Shown piece after piece: positions 1 through 12,615 of a stretch of DNA of 64,000 nucleotides (position 1 is its first letter; the number at the start of each line of letters is the position of its first letter). The stretch lies in NCBI GenBank assembly GCA_964016885.1, contig OZ024740.1, positions 18,290,001-18,354,000 on the forward strand, in the 5' to 3' direction. A program made the translations under genes and the position numbers. Origin of the DNA: Eledone cirrhosa (lineage: Eukaryota). Below the pieces are notes generated by a model. The model ran no database searches. It saw only the letters and a program-made list of their open reading frames with translations, and was not told the DNA's origin.

Positions 1-447
1 CTTCCTACGTGTCCCGTTTGCGCTCCTATTTCCAGGATTTGCCGCCAATGGACACTAGGAAACACTGTCAAGACTGCTGTCCCGAGGGATATTGCCTCGT
101 GGACGCATGTCTTTGTAAGGAAAGATTCTGTGAAGCCCCCGCTCACACAGCCTTACACTGGACCTTACCGTGTCTTAGCGCGCTCGGCTAAGCATTTCAC
201 ATTAGATATTAAGGGGTCCAGGGAGACAGTTACAATAGACAGGCTTAAGCAGGCGCACCTTGACACGGACGCTGTGGTTCCTGATCCACGAACCCCTTCG
301 TATTTGCCTGTTGAGCGAACGCCTGTTCCTGAACCACCATCATCGCCTGTCCCTACACCACCACCATCGCCACGTTACAAGACCACGACCCGTTCAGGTC
401 GTAGGGTCCACTGGCCCCCAAAATTTTGCAGCACCGTCTATATTTAG
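1..447 (+). mobile_element. Ty3/Gypsy LTR retrotransposon, degenerate integrase C-terminus (runs off the 5' edge of the window)
   Basis: ORF 130-447 KPPLTQPYTGPYRVLARSAKHFTLDIKGSRETVTIDRLKQAHL matches the GPY/F module of Gypsy integrases and has a TRSGR tail; a PPT and LTR follow. Confidence 0.85.
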
Positions 448-673
448 ACTATGTTAGCTGCACCTTTTTTTTGGCCTCTGTGTTTCTGCTTTTTCTTTGC
501 CTTGTTTTTTATGCATGCATGTTGTTTTTTTTTTTAACATTTTTCAAATGATTATTCTGGATTCAATTTTTGGTAGAACGAATAGCTCCCCCTTGTTCCA
601 TTGTTCGCCATCTTACTCCACATGTGAGTAATGACATCGATTTTCGCTGATTTGAAAATCTGGCAGGGGATAC

Positions 674-898
674 TGTTGTAAGACGCCTCACGCCTCTTGA
701 TAGAACAACCCTAGTTATCTCCCGCTGGTTGAGAACGTGAGAAATAAAACAGACAGCCACTGGAAAGCAGACTGATCACACGCCAGAAACCAGCCTCTGT
801 ACCACACCATTGTTTCTGCTACATCAAAAATAAACATATATTTCATCTCTAATTTCTGCTGTTGAAATCATTATTATGTCACTCGTGTCTCAATAACA
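674..898 (+). mobile_element. 3' LTR of the Gypsy element
   Basis: Purine tract GGCAGGGGA (662-670) just upstream; TGTT...AACA inverted termini; AATAAA at 829-834. Confidence 0.7.
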
Positions 899-918
899 TC
901 TATAATCCATACTGCTAA

Positions 919-2720
919 ATGCCCATTGTTTTCCACACCTGGTCACTCTTATTGTTTTCCACATCTGGTCATTCTTATTGTTTTCCACACCTGGTCACTC
1001 TTATTGTTTTCCACATCTGGTCATTCTTATTGTTTTCGACACCTGGTAATTCTTATTGTTTTCCACATCTGGTCATTCTTATTGTTTTCGACACCTGGTA
1101 ATTCTTATTGTTTTCCACATCTGGTCATTCTTATTGTTTTCCACACCTGGTCACTCTTATTGTTTTCCACACCTGGTCATTCTTATTGTTTTCCACATCT
1201 GGTCATTCTTATTGTTTTCGACACCTGGTAATTCTTATTGTTTTCCACATCTGGTCATTCTTATTGTTTTCCACACCTGGTTATTCTTATTGTTTTCCAC
1301 ACCTGGTAATTCTTATTGTTTTCCACATCTGGTCATTCTTATTGTTTTCGACACCTGGTAATTCTTATTGTTTTCCACATCTGGTCATTCTTATTGTTTT
1401 CCACACCTGGTTATTCTTATTGTTTTCCACACCTGGTAATTCTTATTGTTTTCCACACCTGGTAATTCTTATTGTTTTCCACATCTGGTCATTCTTATTG
1501 TTTTCGACACCTGGTAATTCTTATTGTTTTCCACATCTGGTCATTCTTATTGTTTTCCACACCTGGTTATTCTTATTGTTTTCCACACCTGGTAATTCTT
1601 ATTGTTTTCCACATCTGGTCATTCTTATTGTTTTCCACATCTGGTCATTCTTATTGTTTTCGACACCTGGTAATTCTTATTGTTTTCCACATCTGGTCAT
1701 TCTTATTGTTTTCCACACCTGGTCACTCTTATTGTTTTCCACACCTGGTCATTCTTATTGTTTTCCACATCTGGTCATTCTTATTGTTTTCGACACCTGG
1801 TAATTCTTATTGTTTTCCACATCTGGTCATTCTTATTGTTTTCCACACCTGGTTATTCTTATTGTTTTCCACACCTGGTAATTCTTATTGTTTTCCACAT
1901 CTGGTCATTCTTATTGTTTTCGACACCTGGTAATTCTTATTGTTTTCCACATCTGGTCATTCTTATTGTTTTCCACACCTGGTTATTCTTATTGTTTTCC
2001 ACACCTGGTAATTCTTATTGTTTTCCACACCTGGTAATTCTTATTGTTTTCCACATCTGGTCATTCTTATTGTTTTCGACACCTGGTAATTCTTATTGTT
2101 TTCCACATCTGGTCATTCTTATTGTTTTCCACACCTGGTTATTCTTATTGTTTTCCACACCTGGTAATTCTTATTGTTTTCCACATCTGGTCATTCTTAT
2201 TGTTTTCCACATCTGGTCATTCTTATTGTTTTCGACACCTGGTCACTCTTATTGTTTTCCACATCTGGTCATTCTTATTGTTTTCCACACCTGGTCATTC
2301 TTATTGTTTTCCACATCTTGTCATTCTTATTGTTTTCTACACCTGGTCATTCTTATTGTTTTCCACACCTGGTCATTCTTATTGTTTTCCACATCTGGTC
2401 ATTCTTATTGTTTTTCACACCTGGTCATTCTTATTGTTTTCCACATCTGGTCATTCTTATTGTTTTCCACACCTGGTCATTATTGTTTTCCACATCTGGT
2501 CATTCTTATTGTTTTCCACACCTGGTTATTCTTATTGTTTTCCACACCTGGTCATTCCCATTGTTTTCCACATCTGGTCATTCTTATTGTTTTCCACACC
2601 TGGTCATGCCCATTGTTTTCCACATCTGGTCATTCTTATTGTTTTCCACACCTGGTCATGCCCATTGTTTTCCACAACTGGTCATGCCCATTGTTTTCCA
2701 CATCTAGTCATTCCCATTAG
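919..2720. repeat. 26-bp minisatellite (TTATTGTTTTCCACACCTGGTCATTC and variants), about 69 units
   Basis: Direct tandem repetition; the overlapping repetitive ORFs are artefacts of it. Confidence 0.97.
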
Positions 2721-2869
2721 AATAATATTTCTTTCAACATATCTATTTTCCCCAGCTTGAGCTAGTGGGGCTGGACCAAGGGACAAAAGTCAAGACAGCA
2801 TGACAATCTTCCCATTCACTATGGTAGGTTCTTCATCTGGGATGATACATGCTGAGACATCTCTAGCAG

Positions 2870-3050
2870 CAACCTGGTGCCTTTGGATACCAGCTCAGGC
2901 TTTGCTGCCTGCCAAAACGGGTAAACTGTCCAGATATTGGCTGCTAGGTTTGCAGTAGAGCCTATAGCAGTGGAGACTTCCGGCATTTGTGACCCCTGTA
3001 TTAAGTCCCTGCTCACTGAGCGGAGTTGGCTGCCCACAGGGGGAGTGACT
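2870..3050 (+). mobile_element. Degenerate CRE-like non-LTR retrotransposon C-terminal fragment
   Basis: Translation FAVEPIAVETSG resembles the PIAVETxG motif after the RLE domain; a similar GCAGTAGAGACTTCTGG occurs near 20030. Confidence 0.35.
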
Positions 3051-3683
3051 GTTTCAGTGCATCTTTCTGGCCAACCTTTTGTGCAATTTATTTTCCATTC
3101 TGTTGGTTGGGACCAAGAGGTGAAGGGTAAGGTAGTTTGAGGTGCAGGGTACTTGTATGGATGTCATACATGTACACACACATACTCAACCACTTACACT
3201 TCCTTATTATAGATGGGATTCAGTGGAAACATAGCTATGTCTAAATATAGCTGGCAGTACTTTTTTAAAATTTATTTCAAAAATCCCAAGGAATTTCCAC
3301 ATTGGTTAATCTAATAGATATAATATCTATGTATGTATATTAAGTCTTTATTGTAGTAATATAGATAGACTGACTGTAACTATCAATTATTTCTCAGTAA
3401 TGAGGATATTAAACTTTACGTTGTTAATAGGACTCATTTAATGAGGAGTTGAAAACAAATTAATGTGGTTTTTTCCAGTAGCTAATGTGGCAAAACATCA
3501 CACCTCGGTTATAGCTAACATCAACACAATATAAGTAGATCTATTCTACAGCCTACCACCATAAATGATAATGGACAGTCCATCTCATGGTGCCAAACAA
3601 CAGGATGGAGAAGACATTGTTTTCAACATCTGACCAGTCTTACTGTTTTTCATACCCAACCATTCTTGTTTTCTACATCAGCA

Positions 3684-3892
3684 TTGGTAGTATCGGTAGA
3701 GCGTTGGACACCATGCTTTGTGCTATAGTTACGGCCCTTTATGTACTGATTTCAAGTTTAGCTGAGGTTAGCTTTACCTTTCGTCCTTATGGAGATGGAT
3801 AAAATAAAGCACTAGTAACACACTGGGGAAGATTTAATTGATTTTCCCCTCCCCCAAATTGTTGGCCCTGTGCTTAAATTAGAAACTATTAT
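3684..3892 (+). mobile_element. tRNA-derived SINE, family A (Meta-domain-like core)
   Basis: A-box-like TGGTAGTATCGGTAGAGCG, degenerate B box, CCTTTCGTCCT core and TGGCCCTGTGCTTAAATTAGAAAC tail; homologous to the copies at 18-19 kb and 25.6 kb. Confidence 0.8.
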
Positions 3893-3986
3893 TTTTATTT
3901 ATGACTCATAATTCTCAGTGTTTCCATACATGACTCATCATTCTCAGAATGTCCATCATCTGATTGTTATATCTATTTATTTACAG

Positions 3987-4108
3987 GCTGGTTTCCGAGA
4001 TGGTGTTGATGGTGGAGAAGAGCAAGTTCTTCAAAGTAGCTTTGATACTGGATATACTATGGCTGCTAAGGAAGCCTGTGAACTTGGCCGTATCCAGGGT
4101 CAGATTAG
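3987..4108 (+). CDS. YAE1: YAE1-like protein, internal exon encoding the Yae1_N deca-GX3 region
   Basis: ttacag acceptor and AG|gtaagt donor; encodes AGFRDGVDGGEEQVLQSSFDTGYTMAAKEACELGRIQGQI, matching the Yae1 pattern G[YF]RDGxxxGxxxxLQxxFxxGY. The phase-2 end joins exon 7870 in frame. Confidence 0.8.
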
Positions 4109-4149
4109 GTAAGTAAACACTGTATTTATTAGATAACAAGCCTGCTTTG

Positions 4150-4480
4150 ATGGATGTGCAGTGTTAATGTGTGTGATCGATGAAGCATGGATGAACTGAG
4201 AGAAAAATTGGATATAAGAGGAATCAGATGTCAAGGGCAAGAGGAAAGACTGGGTTTATAAAGACATGAGATGTGTATGGATGATGATCACTGGGTGAAG
4301 AAGTGCCAAGAAACCATAGTAGAGGGAGACCAAAGAAGACCTGGGAGAAGGGGTTGAGAGATGATTTTAAAATACTGAAGCTCATAAAGATGATGAAGGA
4401 ACATAGTGAGTGGAGGGATGCTGTGCTGAGAAACACCTGTCCACCCCAGAAAAGCTGGAAAAGTGGATGTAAAGTAATGA
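4150..4480 (+). mobile_element. Degenerate RTE-type LINE 3' fragment
   Basis: RGRPKKTW...W...V motif typical of RTE ORF2 C-termini. Confidence 0.55.
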
Positions 4481-5019
4481 TGTTGACTGTCATATCAGGT
4501 TCCTTCCTCTCCAGGGTAGCCAGACAATTTCATATAAAGTGGCTCAAAATTTTCAATAAAATTTTGTTAGAAGATAGCGCAATATGATAAGTTCCCTAGA
4601 GTTAGTTACCTACACGATAAACACACCCAGTACATGGTGGGTGTGTTTATTGTGTATATCACCAAATGTAATTGTGTGTACCTGGGAAAAGTAACATAAT
4701 CTGCTATTTGTAGCCCAATCTGGCTATTATGTTCTTCTTGATTGGCTTTTTATGGCTAAATCAGAGGAGGAAGGGAGCACTCAAAACATTTTGTAGGGCC
4801 TCATAGACTAGATAAAAGGAAAAGTAGGAAATCCTCCACACCACATGGGGTACTACAGTAGATCAAGATATTCAGTTATGTTTAGGATAGAAATATGGTC
4901 AAAATACTTGCAAAACATGTGTTGGTGTTTAACTGAACATTGGATTAAATATGCCATCCATGAACTAGCATAGTCAATCCAATGGTCTTTTACACAATTT
5001 CCTTCTCCTTTGCCCACTT

Positions 5020-5565
5020 ATTCTTGAGACAGTCATGGGGGAAGAGTCCTCAAACACTCCTTCTAGCAGGTCTTGTCAGAAACAACTATCTTCAACTGAT
5101 CCAGGAGGAGCCACAAGTGAGACCAGCCAAGTTCATGTATGTTATCCAACCATCTTGCTCGGAGTCTACCCCTGGGTCTCCTGCCGGCTGATTTTGCGCA
5201 TAAAATCTGTCCAACGATTTTTTCCTGAGACGTTCTAACCACATGACCATAATATTGGAGTTGTGATCTCTCAATTTGGAGAAGTAGCAGCTCTACCTGG
5301 AGCAACTCTCTGATCTCTGAGTAATATTACCCTTCTGAGGAACTCCATTTCGGTTGCTTATATTCGCAATTATATTATTTCGGTCATTACTCAAGATTCA
5401 TGACCTTAGGTAAGGATGGCATGAATACCAAATTGAAGATAGCGAGTTTGGCTTTTATACCTACCTCTCTTCTTCTGATCACAGAATGCTGAAGCTGGCG
5501 CATTACTACATCAGTTCCTGCAATTCTTGCATATAATTCAGCCTCCTGACATCCATCACTTTTAC
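5020..5565 (-). mobile_element. Degenerate RTE LINE 3' fragment
   Basis: LQYYGHVVR...GRRPRGRLRARWLDNI motif; same family as 19620-19990. Confidence 0.75.
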
Positions 5566-5739
5566 ACATTTTCTGTCTACCTAATTCTACTCTAACATGC
5601 CTTGAGTCAACCAGAAACTGGTAAAAGACATTTGCCCTGAAGTACTGTAAAGTAGTCAATGGCTTGGACAGATGACATACTGTGACATTTGTTGTAGACC
5701 TATCTAACCCATTCCAGCAGAGAGAAATAGATAACAAAT

Positions 5740-7337
5740 TGATGATGATGATGATAGTGGTGGAGCTTGTGTTGATGATGATGATGATAGTGGTGGAGCT
5801 TGTGTTGTTGATGATGATGATAGTGGTGGAGCTTGTGTTGATGATGATGATGATAGTGGTGGAGCTTGTGTTGATGATGATGATGATAGTGGTGGAGCTT
5901 GTGTTGATGATGATGATGATAGTGGTGGAGCTTGTGTTGATGATGATGATGATGATAGTGGTGGAGCTTGTGTTGATGATGATGATGATGATAGTGGTGG
6001 AGCTTGTGTTGATGATGATGATGATGATAGTGGTGGAGCTTGTGTTGATGATGATGATGATGATAGTGGTGGAGCTTGTGTTGATGATGATGATGATAGT
6101 GGTGGAGCTTGTGTTGATGATGATGATGATAGTGGTGGAGCTTGTGTTGATGATGATGATGATAGTGGTGGAGCTTGTGTTGATGATGATGATGATAGTG
6201 GTGGAGCTTGTGTTGATGATGATAGTGGTGGAGCTTGTGTTGTTGATGATGATGATAGTGGTGGAGCTTGTGTTGTTGATGATGATGATAGTGGTGGAGC
6301 TTGTGTTGATGATGATAGTGGTGGAGCTTGTGTTGTTGATGATGATGATAGTGGTGGAGCTTGTGTTGATGATGATGATGATAGTGGTGGAGCTTGTGTT
6401 GATGATGATAGTGGTGGAGCTTGTGTTGTTGATGATGATGATAGTGGTGGAGCTTGTGTTGATGATGATGATGATAGTGGTGGAGCTTGTGTTGATGATG
6501 ATGATGATAGTGGTGGAGCTTGTGTTGATGATGATGATGATAGTGGTGGAGCTTGTGTTGATGATGATGATGATAGTGGTGGAGCTTGTGTTGATGATGA
6601 TAGTGGTGGAGCTTGTGTTGTTGATGATGATGATAGTGGTGGAGCTTGTGTTGATGATGATGATGATAGTGGTGGAGCTTGTGTTGATGATGATGATGAT
6701 AGTGGTGGAGCTTGTGTTGATGATGATGATGATAGTGGTGGAGCTTGTGTTGATGATGATGATGATAGTGGTGGAGCTTGTGTTGATGATGATAGTGGTG
6801 GAGCTTGTGTTGTTGATGATGATGATAGTGGTGGAGCTTGTGTTGTTGATGATGATGATAGTGGTGGAGCTTGTGTTGATGATGATAGTGGTGGAGCTTG
6901 TGTTGTTGATGATGATGATAGTGGTGGAGCTTGTGTTGATGATGATGATGATAGTGGTGGAGCTTGTGTTGATGATGATAGTGGTGGAGCTTGTGTTGTT
7001 GATGATGATGATAGTGGTGGAGCTTGTGTTGATGATGATAGTGGTGGAGCTTGTGTTGTTGATGATGATGATAGTGGTGGAGCTTGTGTTGATGATGATG
7101 ATGATAGTGGTGGAGCTTGTGTTGTTGATGATGATGATAGTGGTGGAGCTTGTGTTGATGATGATGATGATGATAGTGGTGGAGCTTGTGTTGTTGATGA
7201 TGATGATAGTGGTGGAGCTTGTGTTGATGATGATGATGATGATAGTGGTGGAGCTTGTGTTGATGATGATAGTGGTGGAGCTTGTGTTGATGATGATGAT
7301 GATGATAGTGGTGGAGCTTGTGTTGATGATGATGATA
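5740..7337. repeat. Compound minisatellite, (ATG)n alternating with ATAGTGGTGGAGCTTGTGTTG, inside the YAE1 intron
   Basis: Direct tandem units of 27-36 bp that differ in triplet number. Confidence 0.97.
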
Positions 7338-7382
7338 TGTAGGCGACACTAATGTATGAGATAATTATATATCAGGCAACAT

Positions 7383-7815
7383 CTCTCTCTGTCTCCCCCC
7401 TCTCTCTCTCTCTGACTACCCCTCCTTCTCTGTATCCCCCCCCCTCTCTGCCCCACTCCTCCATCTCTCTCTCTCCATATATATATATATATATATCTGT
7501 CTAATACTCTCTCCCCCCTCTCTCTCTCCCTATATATATATCTCTGTCTCCTACTCTCTCTCCCTATATATATATATATCTCTGTCTCCTACTCTCTCTC
7601 CCTATATATATATATATCTCTGTCTCCTACTCTCTCTCTCTCTCCCACTCCCCCTCTCTTTCCCTTTTATATATATATCTGTCTCCTACTCTCTCTCCCC
7701 CTCTCTCTCTGTCACACTCCTCCATCTCTCTCTCTCCCTATATATATATCTCTGTCTCCTACTCCCCCTCTCTCCCTATATATATCTCTGTCTCCTACTC
7801 CCCCATCTCTATACC
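7383..7815. repeat. CT/TA-rich compound microsatellite
   Basis: Repeated TCTGTCTCCTACTCTCTC...(TA)n units. Confidence 0.9.
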
Positions 7816-7869
7816 TTATCTAGTAAATATGCTGTACACAATAATCACTCTCTTTCTTTCTCTTCACAG

Positions 7870-8311
7870 TGCTTTATTGCTTTTCAACCGTCACATCAAG
7901 CATGGTCAACTGTTTAGTGAAGAAATGTCCAACCACTTCAAACAGCTTCTTTCCGAAATAAACTCCTACAAGCTAACTAACAGCCCACCAGGCATTTCTT
8001 TAACGTGTGGGGCTAAAGAGCAAATCAACGAGGCTGTATTTGCACCAGAAAAGACTTCCAACCATACACAGTCATTACAGTATAACAATGGTCCAGTCAG
8101 TGACCGTAACTTTGTTTACCAACCAAACCCACACCACAACCAGAACCAGCCATACATTGATACAAACTCAATGTATGATTTAGATTCTGGGGTCACTGTG
8201 TCAAGGCATATGCCAGTTTCTACGGCACAGAACATTACTACATTTAAGGAGCGATTCCAGCGCCTACTGCAGATGTGCGACGGTTCACTTGTCGCCAAGT
8301 TTATTTCCTGA
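7870..8311 (+). CDS. YAE1: YAE1-like protein, terminal coding exon
   Basis: Polypyrimidine tract plus cacag acceptor; splicing gives ...GQI-S-ALLLFNRH, matching the GxxSALL segment that follows the Yae1 motif; open frame to TGA at 8309-8311. Confidence 0.75.
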
Positions 8312-9654
8312 GTGGTAGCCTTTAAAAGCAATGATCTCCCTTCCCTTTGTGTTACCACCACCACCACCACCACCACTACTACTACTGCTGTCACCACCAC
8401 CACTACCATCCACTAATGCCTTCTCATTCTTTACTTCTTATATCTAACTCTGCTCCAAGCAATGTTTTCTCTAAAGCAGCAATTCATAACTTGTGGTAGT
8501 ACTGGGTGTATGTCAGTTTGAGTAAACAGAACTCTCAGAAGCCTTTGGTTTTCAGGAGAATTTATTTAAGTAAACAAGATCTTTGGTAGTGAAAAAGTTA
8601 AGAACCACCGCATAATGGGTGTGTATGTGTATGTGCATATTATGTACCTAATGCATCAAAAGAATTCTGCTGCACACAGAAAGAATATTACATCTGGTTC
8701 ATTAAGGTTTTGGTAATGAATGACCAAAATTTATTTCTAATGATGATTATATCAAACTCGTTCACTGCATCTTACTGTATATGTTTATGATATGTCATAC
8801 CATTTCCCATGAAAATACCATATGAAATACCAGCATAGGACTTCTCTACTAGACATACAAACCTCCTTAAAAAGGGGCTTCTTAATTTCTGGTGTGACAT
8901 ATACATGAATGTATACAGTAGTTTGGACATTTCTGAAAGAATACATTATATGTACACACATCTAGTTGGTGGAGGTGGAATATTACAGGGTAGGAATAGG
9001 GGAAAAAAATCTACCTTTTTTGTAATTAATGGGAAGGACGTTGTCATCACTTCCTGGTTCCCATCCTATTCAATGTCTTCTGAAGCCATCAAGGAGAGGC
9101 GTTTATGTGGCTATTTGACCTGCTACATATAATAGCAACAACAATCTCCTTCTAATTACACGAAGCTGTCTAGAAAACAAGACTTTAAGAGTACATTAGA
9201 TAAAGCAGTCCTAGATATTACACTATTATTTTATGTCTGACTGTGTTCATGGCCGGAATATCTTTGATCATAGGGCTGCTTCTGGCTCAGGCATGGCCTG
9301 GGGTTAAACAACAATAACATCAACAAATATCTTCTGCTGCTGCTGCTTTTATTCTTTTATGCAACTGAAAAATATTTAAAGAAAAAATTAAAAAAACATA
9401 AAGCACCTTTTTTTCCACAAGGCCAAAAAAAACCTCCAAAACCTGAAAAGTCACATTGGTGTGATGATCAGGTCACATGACGCAGCCATCTGACACACTC
9501 TCCCCTTCTGTTACATTGTCCTTAAGACATGTCAAACAAGTCTCAGTACTTTGAGACATTGAAAGAGAAGACAACAGAAAGTCTACCTCTCACCACTACT
9601 CTCTCTTTTTATAACCGTCTCCTCCTCCACCCCTTTGCTATACAAGAAATGCTT

Positions 9655-10020
9655 CCACTCCTACCACCACCACCACCAACAACATTACTACTACTATAAT
9701 CATTGCCACTACAGCAGCCACAACCAACACCACCACCAACACTACTACCACCACCACCACTACCACTACCACAACCACCAACACTACTAACACCACCACC
9801 GCAACCACCAACACTACTACTACCACCAACACTATCACCACCACTACTACCACTACCACCACTACTACCAACACTACCACTAACAACACCACCACTACCA
9901 CCAACACCACCACTACTACCACTACCACCAAAACCACCACTACGGCCACCACTACCACAACCACCACCACCACTACCACCAACACTACCACTACTACTAC
10001 TACTACCACCACTACCACCT
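9655..10020. repeat. (CCA/CTA)n degenerate trinucleotide repeat
   Basis: Low-complexity tandem triplets. Confidence 0.9.
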
Positions 10021-10144
10021 AACAGCCTATGTAATGAAACTAAATTTGAACCTAATGACACTCATTAAAGTTGCTCTGAATTACTTTTAACGAAGTATAA
10101 TGATTATTTGTGTGTATCAGCTGTATTGTCAATACACAAAGGTG

Positions 10145-10168
10145 TTTATATATACACATATATACACA

Positions 10169-10207
<39 letters not shown>

Positions 10208-10227
10208 ATGTATATAATATGTATGTC

Positions 10228-10269
<42 letters not shown>

Positions 10270-10324
10270 GTATGTATATGTATATATATATATATATGAT
10301 GTATGTGTATATATATATAATATG

Positions 10325-10355
<31 letters not shown>

Positions 10356-10831
10356 GATGTATGTGTATATATATATAATATGTATATATATATATATATA
10401 TATATAATATGTATGTATATGTATATATATATATATGATGTATGTGTATATATATATATAATATGTATATATATATATATATATAAATAGAATGGAAAAA
10501 GAAAAATCAGTGATGCATCGTAACTCAATTTATTGCGTGTTACAATTGTTTCCCCGGCGGACAGCTTGAGGTGCGGTGTGTGGATCTACCTGACTCTGGA
10601 TTCACAGGTTCCTAGGACACACACAATCAATAGACGTGTGTGTCCGAGGAACCTGTGAATCCAGAGTCAGGTAGATCCACACACACACCGCACCTCAAGC
10701 TGTCCACCGGGGAAACAATTGTAACACGCAATAAATTGAGTTACGATGCATCACTGAATTTTATTTTTCCATTCTATTTATATATATATATGTATGTGTA
10801 TATATATATATGTGTATATATATAATATGTA

Positions 10832-10872
<41 letters not shown>

Positions 10873-11032
10873 GAAGAAATACTCTTAGGATTGGAACTTC
10901 TGATCCCCAACTCACCAGTATAGCTTGACAGCTATATATATATATGTGTATATTTCTGTATGTATGTATCTATATATATATGTATATCTGTTGTTTATAT
11001 TTTTCTATCTGTCTATATGTTTCTGTATATAC

Positions 11033-11064
<32 letters not shown>

Positions 11065-11112
11065 ATATACACACATATATATATATATATGTGTATATAT
11101 ATATATATACAC

Positions 11113-11143
<31 letters not shown>

Positions 11144-11151
11144 CACATATA

Positions 11152-11213
<62 letters not shown>

Positions 11214-11281
11214 TATATATATATGTGTATATATATATATATACACATATATATATATGTATATATATATATACACATATA

Positions 11282-11331
<50 letters not shown>

Positions 11332-11401
11332 TATATATATATGTGTATATATATATATATACACATATATATATATATGTATATATATATATACACATAT
11401 A

Positions 11402-11474
<73 letters not shown>

Positions 11475-11479
11475 GTGTA

Positions 11480-11539
<60 letters not shown>

Positions 11540-11615
11540 GTGTATATATATATATATACATAGATAACATAAACTCAAAATCTATATATATGTGTATATA
11601 TATATATATATACAG
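10145..11615. repeat. (TA)n-rich compound microsatellite field, interrupted by the palindrome at 10485-10779
   Basis: Seen directly. Confidence 0.95.
10485..10779. mobile_element. Palindromic element with ~140-bp arms in (TA)n; probably an inverted PLE pseudo-LTR fragment pair carrying an HHR-like motif
   Basis: Arms 10485-10624 and 10636-10779 are near-perfect reverse complements. The right arm reads GTGTGT-CCGAGGA...GAAA-CAATTG-TA-ACACGC-AATAAA. Confidence 0.65.
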
Positions 11616-11917
11616 AGATGATGAGTGACATGAATGGAAGGTAAACCCAGCCAGCATGTTGCTGGAGGTTGTGAAACCACTTCTCCTGGAGTGGTTATGC
11701 TGGTGGATATGGCTTGCTACCCCCTCACCACCCTGTTATGTTTATTTCACTTCACTATTGTTGCTAATAGCCTTGAAAACAGCATTAGCATCACCATATC
11801 ATTTCTCTAAAGATTATAGAACCTAATGCACTATTGACTGAATCTTCAGGTCAAAAACCATTTTTTTCAATTCTTGCTACTATACAAAAACTAGCAAAAC
11901 AATAGACATAAAAACTA

Positions 11918-11968
<51 letters not shown>

Positions 11969-11971
<3 letters not shown>

Positions 11972-12185
11972 GGTGTTCCCCCCAAAAAATATATATACAC
12001 ACTTTGATTACCCGTACAGACGATATTTATTAGAATGCACAGCCTTTCCCCAAAATATAATTATCTACAGACATAATTCAATTGTATGTAAACACCCCAA
12101 AATGTTTACATAATTTAAATAATGTATTTATTTTAATGCATTTTTTAAAGATTGAAGTGCGTATACATTTTTGGGGAACACCCTG
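11969..12185. mobile_element. Tc1/mariner-like MITE
   Basis: TIRs CAGGGTGTTCCCC / GGGGAACACCCTG in a TA-rich context. Confidence 0.7.
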
Positions 12186-12186
12186 C

Positions 12187-12233
<47 letters not shown>

Positions 12234-12570
12234 AGAATATATATACATGCACATAAGAATATGTATATATATATATACAAAAATATGTGTATATATATAT
12301 ATATATACACACACACAAGAATATATATACATGCACATAATAATATGTATATATATATATACAAAAATATGTGTATATATATACAGGACAAGAGTCACCA
12401 GAAGATCAGGAATGAGAAACTGCATAGTGACTCACAGATTCAGTTTTGAATAAATAATATTTTTCCACTCTACATAACAGTATTGAGTACTTTTTTATAC
12501 CATTCAGTTGCATTTTACACACACACACCCTGTGGGGCCCCTTATACGTTCAAGATCTTCAGATAAATGT

Positions 12571-12607
<37 letters not shown>

Positions 12608-12615
<8 letters not shown>

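Noticed and set aside
919-2720. CRISPR-like array or long membrane-protein ORFs
   Set aside because: Contiguous 26-bp tandem units without unique spacers or cas genes; the ORFs in all frames are repeat artefacts.
9459-9497. C/D box snoRNA (GTGATGA ... CTGA with a short terminal stem)
   Set aside because: Only about 40 nt, too short for a C/D snoRNA; probably chance.
9609-10068. Gly-rich or Pro-rich structural protein ORFs
   Set aside because: Translations of a CCA/CTA triplet repeat with no splice or domain support.
10052-12453. YI-rich ORFs
   Set aside because: (TA)n microsatellite translations.
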